A DNA stretch of 64,000 nt from Octopus vulgaris (Eukaryota). The position numbers and the translations under genes were made by a program. Every line of letters begins with the position of its first letter. The stretch's first letter is position 1. This document shows, one piece after another, positions 54,920 to 64,000 of this stretch. The notes beneath the pieces were generated by a model that had not been told where the DNA came from, searched no databases, and saw only the letters and a program-made list of their open reading frames with translations. The stretch is taken from assembly GCA_951406725.2 (NCBI GenBank), contig OX597825.1:50902001-50966000 (forward strand), written 5' to 3'.

Positions 54920-56159
54920 AGTTTGTCTGTCTGTCTATCTCTGTATCTGTTTATTTGTTTAGATGTCTTTCTTAATCTATCACAAACAGACAAACTACCA
55001 GTCTTCATACTGTTCTTCTCTCTTATTATTATTTCACTTGTTCTAATCATTCGACTGGGAACCGGCCATTTATGTAACGTTTCTATTTTATGTGAATTCT
55101 GTTTATGATAAAATGTGCCTGAGGAACACACACATATGTATGTATTGCATATATTTGCATATATATATATTTCTGTGTGCGCGCATATATATGTGTGTGT
55201 GTGCATGTGGAAAAACAGATGCACAAATATATGCATCTGTTTACACCTGCAACTATTAGACATTTTGTCTATCTATATACAATATATTAAGTTATATAGC
55301 TCTAATTGTGCGCTTTACCAGATTTTCGCTTTTATGTTGTGTTGCATTTTTCATGTTTTTGAATACATAAACATCTAAATTTTACCATTAAAATGTATTT
55401 GTTGAGCTACTCAGAGTTATTGTACCGAGAAATTACAAGTGTGTGGGAGATTACAATTCTGTAACTATTTCGCCAGTAACCTTACTTTGGTGGCACATGC
55501 GTGAAGATATCCTGGTTAAATTCAAGCACTCCTTTATTTCGGGTGACAAATATCGGAAGCAAAATAGTTTGCGATTAATTGATTTACATGAACATACACA
55601 ATTAATGGTAGGGATATCTGTTTTCAATTTTCATATAGCTATATCTTTTATGGATCAGCCATATATAATGTATATATAAGTATGTATACGTGACCGGTGT
55701 TCGGCCAAGCCTGACCTTTCTTTCTTGGTTCGACTACCACCCATGCAACAGCTATATTCCTCCCTATGCCTGTCATCTCTTATGTCCCTGCAATAAGGTT
55801 TCACTTCCACACACAGAAGCTTAATTTGATTAGTCCTTAGTCGAAAGACACATGTTTTTAATGTCCTTTATTTGCATTTGTATTTGTGTACCATTTCTCC
55901 GTTTTTACGTTTTTGTTTTCGTATAAATTCGCTGCTTTCTTGCAAGGAATCTAGTGCTCTTAGTTTAGTTTTTCTTTGGGGCTGGCCAGATTGGAGCAAA
56001 CTCGAGTATAACCAGTCGAAATTGCAAAGAAAATCTGGAACTCGACTGAGGAAAGAAAACTCCGAATGATCTGTCCTTCATTTTTTGTATCGTCTGTCTG
56101 GATGTTTGGCATATTTGGTATTCCTTTATATATACACATGTATAATATACATATGTATA

Positions 56160-56207
<48 letters not shown>

Positions 56208-56315
56208 CATATATAAAATATATACATAATATATATATATATGATTTCAAAAATATTTATATATATATATATGATATATATTATAAATATATTAGATATT
56301 TATGTATATATATAT

Positions 56316-56594
56316 CACATGACCGACCAGACCATCAGATGTTGTTACACATCGCTGGGCACCATGCGTACGCATTTTTTTAGCCTTCGAATGACGCCAC
56401 CCCGCTGGCTAAGCGAGCAGGCCAACAGAAGAAAGAGTGGGAGAAAGAGTGGTGAAAGAGTACAGCAGGGATCACCACACCCTGCCGAAGCCTCGTGGAG
56501 CTTTTAGGTGTTTTCGCTCAATAAACACTCACAACGCCCGGCCTGGGAATCGAAACCGCGATCCTACGACCGCGAGTCCGCTGCCCTAACCACT
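56316..56594 (-). mobile_element. tRNA-derived SINE
   Basis: The minus-strand head agtggttagggcagcggactcgcggtcgtaggatcgcggtttcgattccc has box A and box B. Confidence 0.85.
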
Positions 56595-56604
56595 ATATAT
56601 ATAT

Positions 56605-56958
56605 ATTCTTTTATTTGTTTCAGACATTAGATTGCAGCCATGTTCGAGCACCGCCTTTAGTGGAACAAATTGACTCCAGGACTTATTCTTTGTAAGTCTA
56701 GTTTTATTCTATCGGTCTATTTTCCGAGCCGCTAAGTTACGGGGACGGAGACACACCAACATCGGTTATCAAGCGATAGTGGTTGACAAACACAAACAAA
56801 CACACACACACAAATATGCACATACACACGCACATATATGTATATATACGACGGGCTTTTTTCAAATGCCTTCAAACCAAGCTCACAAGGTTTTGGTTGG
56901 CCCGCTGTTGAACTGAACCCGGAACCATGTGGTTGGTAAGCAAACTACTTATCTCACA
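56605..56958 (-). mobile_element. tRNA-derived SINE
   Basis: Homologous to 10030-10455. Box B is ggttcagt. Confidence 0.8.
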
Positions 56959-56999
56959 TATATATTATATACAAATTATATATATATGTTATATTATAT

Positions 57000-58078
57000 A
57001 ATAAAGATAAATTAAATATAGAGATATTCTATTGACATTCAATAATTTATTTATATTACAATATTACATTATATACTATGAATATAATATATAACATAAT
57101 ATAATACTATATAAATAATTATAAAAACAGTAAAAGTTCAACAAATTGTTTCGACTAATTTTTTTTTTCATAATCATAGTTCAATTATGTATAAGTCACT
57201 TCAAGGTCAATCATTTAAGAAAGACGAAATCCCGTCTGGAAATGACGGCTGGATTGTAAACATTAATTCAAATGTCTGTGTTATAAGCATGAGCGTTAAT
57301 TATTCAATCTTGCATCAATTACAATTAACAAGCAACAAAAGCATTTTAATGGGCGATACAGCCATGTAAGTGCAATCCACAACCATCGAAATTCACTTCA
57401 TTTTATCTGAAACACTTACCAATTGGAACCCTTGTATGTCCAAGTCTCTTGTCATCACAACATACAATAATAATATGGTTGTGTATATAAAGGCATATAA
57501 TTAAGTATCTAAGTTTCTCCTACGTGTAACTACAACAAAAATGTATCTAAACAAATATATCTTCAATACAACTCTTTTATCTATTTAAATTGGTTGCTAT
57601 AAAAAATTAATTGTTTAACTTAACTATTAATAATCTTCTATATTTATTATTTTCTCGTAGGGATAATTACGTAGTATATATGAATAGAGACCTAATGTAA
57701 ATTTCTCTCTTTGTTTACTTAATCTATCACAGGAAGAATTCCGTAATTATAATATTTTTAGGCTATAACAATGGAAATCGAATTTACTAATTTTTAAAGC
57801 TAAACACATTTGAAGTTACTTAAAAAAATGATTATTATTCGCACACCATAGAAGAGAGAATTTAGTGAATCAACAGAAAACATCGATACAACCTAAACAA
57901 GCAACAAGCAATGTTCCCGATTAACTAATCCATATAATTATTTACAAAATGAGAGACCATTTATTATTTACATAATATTATGTTATATATTTTATTCATA
58001 GTATTTAATGTAATATTGTAAAGTAAATAAATTATTGAATGTCAATAGACTATCTCTATATTTAATTTATCTTTATTA
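57000..58078. mobile_element. ~1.1-kb element bounded by ~100-bp AT-rich inverted repeats
   Basis: aataaagataaattaaatatagagata.tctattgacattcaataatttattta (57000) is the reverse complement of ~58024-58077. Confidence 0.75.
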
Positions 58079-58204
58079 TTGAATTATACCAATATTTATA
58101 TGGTATCCAACTGAAGTACTAGTGAATTGGTTGTTTAACACACCCCTTTGAAGGATTTCTCTTCGTCAGTTTGTTTACTATATATATTTATATTATATAT
58201 TGTA

Positions 58205-58248
<44 letters not shown>

Positions 58249-58337
58249 TACATATATTATATATATACATATATACATATATACATATGGAAAAATAAGT
58301 CAAGATAGAAAATGTTAAAATAATTTTATAAAAAATA

Positions 58338-58378
58338 TTTCAGTACCGGTTTCAGTAATTGAGACATTTTCAACTGTA
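58338..58378 (-). ncRNA. Minimal hammerhead motif, U3-A8 variant with decayed stem II
   Basis: The minus strand reads cag-TTGAAAA-tgtctcaattact-GAAA-CCGG-TA-ctg. Confidence 0.55.
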
Positions 58379-58616
58379 ACAATTAAATAATTTAATTTAG
58401 AAAAAATTAAAAGAAAAGATTTTTTTAAAAGAATATTTGTATAGTGTTCAAACACAAGTGGCATTTTCCTTGTTTCTGCCTGTCTGTGACTGTCTTGTTT
58501 ACTCTTGTGGGTTCGAGGTCGTTGTGAATTCTTGGTAGGAAAGAAGATGAAGGATGAAGAGGAGGAGGAGAAGGGAAAGAATAATAATAATAATTTGGGA
58601 GTGCCATGATAGTAGT

Positions 58617-58890
58617 AGAAAAAGAAGAAGAAGAGGAAGTAGAAGAAGAAGAAGAAGAAGAAGAAGAAGAAGAAGAAGAAGAAGAAGAAGAAGAAGAAGA
58701 AGAAGAAGAAGAAGAAGAAGAAGAAGGAGAAGACGAAGAAGAAGACGACGAAGAAGAAGAAGAAGAAGAAGAAGAAGAAGAAGAAGAAGAAGAAGAAGAA
58801 GAAGAAGAAGAAGAAGAAGAAGAAGAAGAAGAAGAAGAAGAAGAAGAAGAAGAAGAAGAAGAAGAAGAAGAAGAAGAAGAAGAAAAAGAA
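58617..58890. repeat. (GAA)n microsatellite, ~270 bp
   Basis: Direct reading. Confidence 0.97.
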
Positions 58891-58989
58891 AAGATGAAGA
58901 GGAATGAATGTAGGTAGTGTGAAAGTAGCAAGGTGTTAAATGACTTAAAATTGGCACGTTATGGATTATAGCAGTGATTGGGACTGTTT

Positions 58990-59306
58990 TATACTGAGAA
59001 ACCCGCTTCGGCCACGACACAGACCATGGGATTGCACCTAGAAAGTTACCCTCCCAAGCACAAGTCCAGGCAAGGTTGTTTATGGAAGACCAGCAGTCGC
59101 CCATGCATACTGGCCTTCCCTCTCCACGCCACCATTATTATCCAAAGGAAAGGCAACGACCGATACAGCTTGGCACCTATGACGTCGCAACTCATTTCTA
59201 CAGCTGAGTGAATTGGAGAAACGTGAAATATAGTGTCTTGCTCAAGAACACAACACGCAGCCCGGTCCGGGATTCGAGCTGACAACCTCACGCTCTAACC
59301 ACTGAG
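58990..59306 (-). mobile_element. tRNA-derived SINE
   Basis: The minus-strand head is ctcagtggttagagcg..ctcgaatcccgg, followed by a gtgttcttgagcaagacact core. Confidence 0.8.
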
Positions 59307-59449
59307 ACATACATTTATATATTATATATATACATACATGTGCATATATACATTATATATATATATGTATATATGCATATACATATAACAAATATATGTA
59401 ATATATGTTTATATATATATATATTATATAAATATGTGTATCTAATATA

Positions 59450-59894
59450 ATTTTTTAAAACCCGGAGAAACCATTACTGCAGAAACATATTGCCATGAAA
59501 TTGCCAAAATGAACGAAAAACTACTACTCTTCCGTCTCACATTGTTCAACAGAAGAGAGCCAATCATTCTTCATGACAATGCTCGACCACACGGTTCACT
59601 AATGACGCTCCAGACGTTGAGGGGACTTGGCTACGAAGTTCTTCCAACCTAGCTTATTCCCCAGACCTCCTCCAATCGACTACCAAATTTTCAAGCACCT
59701 TGATTATTTTCTGCGAGAGAAGGAGTTCAAAAATCAAACCGATGCTGAAAGAGCGTTCAAAGAGTTTATCAGCTCCTGGACTCCAGATTTTTATGTTCCC
59801 GGAGTAAACAAACTGGTAATTCGTTGGCAACAATGTGTTGATTGTAATGTTACTTTGATAAATAAAATTTCCGCATTTTTGAAATATATTGTGA
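59450..59894 (+). mobile_element. mariner transposase C-terminal remnant
   Basis: PGETITAETYC, ILHDNARPH, YSPDL, DYQIFKHL and KLVIRWQQCVD. Confidence 0.88.
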
Positions 59895-60684
59895 TTAGCT
59901 TGAGGTGACCCGCTCTACGCGCGGGTAAGAGTGTGGTTGTTACTTTCTGTTGCTTCCTTTCTGTTTTTCATCACCACATTCTCCCTCTTTGTTTCTCTCT
60001 CCTTTCTCTCTCACTTTCCCACTCGCTTACTCTTCCTTTCTCTCGGACTCGCCCTCGCTTTCTCTTACTCTCTATCTTTCTCTATTTCTCTCCCATTTAT
60101 AAACAACTAAAGATCTTAAGTAATTTTGAAAGACCAATCATAAATATCAGGTAGTGACAACGGAAAGGTCTGCTTCAAAGCAGATAGCAAAACACTAATA
60201 TTTAAAAGGGACAGACGAACTTGCGAGCTGAATAAGAATTTTAAAATATTGGAAACCAAAGTTTGAAGAGATACAATCTGAGGATAGTAGACTCACCATG
60301 GCTGGCATTTCTTAACGACGGACAGTAACGTAGTGGCAGTTTAACGGCTGGCGTAGAAGTTTGAACTTGATGTAAAAGAAGATTCCTAAACACCCGCCCC
60401 CGTAAATTTTAATCCCCTTCCAGCCCCATTTAGACCCCTTTTCACATTTTGGTTAATATAAACCGATTTCATTCAGGTCTACTCGGCCACATTTTATAAG
60501 ATAAGGAATTTTGTCCTAGAGGTCACGCCTTTCATTTGAGGAAAAAAATAGTTGCCATGCAAACTCGCAAGCACATTTAGCTTAGGTGTGCATATTTTCA
60601 GCTCAACCGACCACATTATATATACGCATTATATATATATGTGTGTGTGTGTACGTATTATATATACAAATGTATACAAATTAT

Positions 60685-60717
<33 letters not shown>

Positions 60718-60882
60718 TATATATAAATAGAGATATATACACTTTGTATATATACATTATATATACATATTTATATAGAGAACACACATATATAAATTAA
60801 CCCAATAAATATCTGATTCATAATATTTGTTCTCATGATTGGGTCGTGGCGATAATAATTCTCTCTATGAATGCAGACAGAC

Positions 60883-60928
<46 letters not shown>

Positions 60929-61288
60929 CAGGAGAAAGAGTGACAGCGCTGGCGAAGGCGGCGAGGGAAAGATAGTAGACACTGTCAAACGTCGTTATAG
61001 AGAGAAAGTGAGGGGAAGGGAGGAATGAGAGAGAGACGGAGGAAGACAGGCTGATAAGAAAATGAGAGTAGCGAGAAAAACTTGTCAAAATGTGGGGATT
61101 TTGCCCTAGTAACCACAGCGTTTGAGATAGGGATTTCTAACCTAACCCACTCACATCCTCACCTCATTTTACATGTCCCTGTAAATTTTGGAGCGAATCC
61201 GACAGGATCTAGTGCCCTTTTAACACGTTCCAATGCCCAAACCAGACAAACAAACACACTTTTCGCATTTCAGACTTATAGATATTGA
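59895..61288 (-). mobile_element. Non-autonomous Helitron inserted at the mariner 3' end
   Basis: The minus strand starts A|TC at 61288 and ends with hairpin ACCCGC...GCGGGT, then CTAA|T (CTRR). Confidence 0.7.
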
Positions 61289-61328
61289 TGAGTTTCATAT
61301 TTCAAAACGTAGCTTTCTTAAAGCAGTC

Positions 61329-61375
<47 letters not shown>

Positions 61376-61457
61376 TTATAGTCAGTATGCTAAAAAAAGT
61401 ATAGGCAATTTATACATTAAATTTATAATAATGTACGTATGTATATAATTATATTAA

Positions 61458-62125
61458 GGGAGCAAGGGCGAGAGCGACGTCACTCCAGCATTCTTGAAGT
61501 GCCAATACCTTCAAAAAACTACCACAAACTCAAGGCTGAAAGCGGGCAAGTAAGAGAAAATTAAAAAGAGCTCACGTTAATTGTGAATTGGTTCCAATTT
61601 CTAGATTAGAGCAAAAAATAAGCCTTCTTCCTTCGACAACAAAATACACGGGGGAAATATATGTTCAAAGCTTATCGTCCAAAGCAGGTCCCACGTCTAC
61701 ATAGAAATATTTGCACGTATAAATCGAAGGTAAGCTAAATTTAAATCCTCTTACGACTGCCCACGTGTATATTAGTCAAGCAGTAAATGTTATTCCTGTA
61801 AGGAGTAAAAAATGATTAAATTATTTTATTTTATTCATTTATTCATAATAGAACATAAGAAAAATCACGTTAATGATTTGGACGGTATGTACAATTATTT
61901 GGACATATATTTCCCCGAGTATTGTGTTGATGAAAGAAGAAGGCTTAGTTTTTGCTTTAATCCAGAAATTGGAATCAATTCCCAATTAACGTGAGGTCTT
62001 ATTTATTTTCCCTCATTAGCCCGCTTTCAATGATGTGTATATTTATCTGGAGATTTTAGTAGTTTTTTTTTAAGGTATCGGCACTTCTAGCATGCAGGAG
62101 ATAGGTCGTTTTCGCCCTTACTCCC
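61458..62125. mobile_element. TTAA-flanked non-autonomous DNA transposon (Kolobok/Sola3-like MITE)
   Basis: TTAA|GGGAGCAAGGGCGAGAGCGAC ... GTCGTTTTCGCCCTTACTCCC|TTAA. Confidence 0.75.
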
Positions 62126-62140
62126 TTAATATAATTATAT

Positions 62141-62838
62141 ATTGGGTTGGCAACTAAGTTCCCACCTTTTTTATTATGGAATTTATTGCGTTTTTAAATT
62201 TTGGAATCTATTTTTTTTGAGAATTCTATTTTTGAATCATTTTCGAATCTATTTTGTTTTTTTTCTATTTAATTTTGATTAATTTTTGCTTATTTTCAGA
62301 TCATTAAAATGGAATGTCAAGTTAAGAAAAACGAGCATTTTCGACACCTCCTTCTTTTCAATTTTAATCAGGTTCTAATGCTGCAAAATCTGCTCGCGAC
62401 ATTTGTGTTGTGTATGGAGAGTGTGCCATAGCTAAAAGAACCACTCGTGATTGGTATGCCAAGTTCAAAAATGGAAATTTTGATCTCAAATTCGCACCTC
62501 GTTCTGGCTGTTCCGTTGAGTCCGATGAAGAGCGATTAAACCAACTTTTGAACGAAAATTCTCGTCAAACGACAAGGTAACCGGCAGAGAAAATATAATG
62601 TTCTCACACTACTTTAGAGAAGCATCTTCACTCGATGGGAACAGTTCAGAAGTATGGAGCATGGTTTCCGCATGCTTTAAGTGACAGCAACAAAAATCAA
62701 CGAGCAACAATCTCCGCTGGTTTGCTTGCTCGTCACCGCTCAACTCATGGACACAAGCAACGATTTCTTTATTGAATCGTTACTGGCGACGTGAAATGGT
62801 GCCTGTTCATCAATATGAAGCAGCGTAAGAAATGGATT
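62141..62838 (+). mobile_element. mariner element 5' half (TIR and N-terminal transposase pseudogene)
   Basis: TIR ttgggttggcaactaagttc. Protein reads MECQVKKNEHFRHLLLF...WYAKFKNGNFDL..PRSG...WFPHALS...IVTGDVKW. Confidence 0.88.
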
Positions 62839-62839
62839 A

Positions 62840-63830
62840 CCTTGGAACAGTCTGAATTTCAAAAAGGCCGTATTGTGGGTCATTCTGAAGGTGGATATAT
62901 TTAGCGTAAAATCGCAGAAAACCTTGGGATCCCGCTTTCTACAGTTAATGGAGTGATTGTGCAATTTACCAGAGAGGTGAAGGAGTCCACATCACCTTCT
63001 CCAGATTAACCACAGCCCTCTAAGAGGACTCTTCTCTTTGCTAAGAGAAGTGTGGAGGATAATCCTCGTTGCAAGACCTCTGACATAGCAGAGCAATTTG
63101 ATGTCAGTCCCAGAACAGCTGCCAGGTATCTCCACAAACTTGGCTACTATGGCAGAGCAGGAAGAAAGAAACCACCAGCCAACACGAAGCGGAGAAAAGA
63201 TTGGGCCAGTGAGATAGTTGAGAGGCCATTAGAATTTTGGGACACTGTCATATTCTCTGATGAGTCCAGATTTCCTGTATTTCTTAACAGTGGTCGAGTG
63301 TGGGTCTGGAGACTGTGATCAAAAATTTGATGTGAAAAGATTGCAACCAGCAATTAAACACACCAGCTATTCTGTGATGGACTGGGGAACAATTTGGTGC
63401 CATGGTTGATCAGAGCTGGTGGATTGTGAGGGAAAAATAAACTCAAATAAATTGTGTCCATATTGCTGAAAGGACTCCTTCCAAACTTCTCCAGGGGTGA
63501 AATGATTAAAGAAGACTCTCTATTTACGGAAGATGGGATTCCTTGTCACACGGTTAAAATGACCCAAGATTTGTTGGAAACAAATGGCATGAGAAAGCTT
63601 CCCCAGCCAAACCAGTCACCAGATATGAACCCTATAGAAAACATCTGGGGCATAATGGACAGGACATTTCATAAACAGAACAAGAATGCATCTTCAAAGC
63701 CAGACCTTTTGAAATGACTGCATGAAACTTAGCAGGAAATTCCGCAAGAGAATATTCACCATCTGATCAGTAACATGCCTAATAGGCCCTTGCATTGAAA
63801 AAAGCAAAGAGCATGCCTACTAAATATTAA
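62840..63830 (+). mobile_element. Tc1 (DD34E) transposase pseudogene
   Basis: SEFQKGRIVG, VIFSDESRF, FTEDGIPCH and QSPDMNPIENIW, with stops and frameshifts. Confidence 0.9.
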
Positions 63831-63939
63831 ATGCTCGCATTATGAGAACTAACAATAATTTGAATGTATAATTTCAGATTTAAATAAATTCTAATGATCA
63901 TAAGGCTTTCTATTTACTCCTTTCATGTCTGTATATATA

Positions 63940-64000
63940 TATAATGAGAATTTCCCAAAAAACAAAAGACGATGACGGGTGTGTAAGCAACAAACAAATG
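63940..64000 (-). mobile_element. Terminus of a Penelope-like pLTR, same family as 35172
   Basis: gagaatt...acaaaagac.a.gac.ggt..gtgta..caacaaaca.atg matches 35177-35232. Confidence 0.55.

Noticed and set aside
56040-56080. CTGAGGA...CTCCGAATGATCTGTC hammerhead-like string
   Set aside because: GAAA is mutated and stems I and II do not pair convincingly.
56535-56594. tRNA-like sequence
   Set aside because: It lacks a full acceptor stem and continues into a SINE body, so it is a SINE head. The same holds for the other box A/box B hits.
58425-59104. Poly-E, poly-R, poly-S and poly-L ORFs
   Set aside because: They are translations of (GAA)n, with no domain or splice evidence.

Overview
This is AT-rich, repeat-saturated eukaryotic non-coding DNA. 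The SINE families and the (TA)n/(CA)n/(TTA)n density resemble octopus or coleoid cephalopod DNA, which is an inference from recalled repeat families. I found no convincing host exon, and nearly all ORF-track entries are microsatellite read-throughs or decayed transposon fragments. Recognisable elements are LINE remnants (RTE, R4/Dong, HERO-like, CRE-like, Tx1/L1-like), Penelope-like elements (PLEs), DNA transposons (Chapaev3, maT, mariner, Tc1, TTAA and pogo-type MITEs), two non-autonomous Helitrons, a solo LTR and many tRNA-derived SINEs. The most interesting hidden signal is catalytic RNA, with about ten hammerhead ribozyme (HHR) motifs read by eye. They include (i) a non-circularly permuted, pseudoknotted hammerhead in the 3' UTR of a HERO-like LINE (12647-12710), (ii) a ~380-bp fold-back element whose apical loop is an HHR core (9400-9784), (iii) an inverted HHR pair (49189-49586) and (iv) a recurring U3-A8 core variant with a palindromic ACCGGT stem III. 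There is also a near-identical, split-and-inverted ~380-bp local duplication (30092-30470, copied from 32201-32598). Most element boundaries are approximate.
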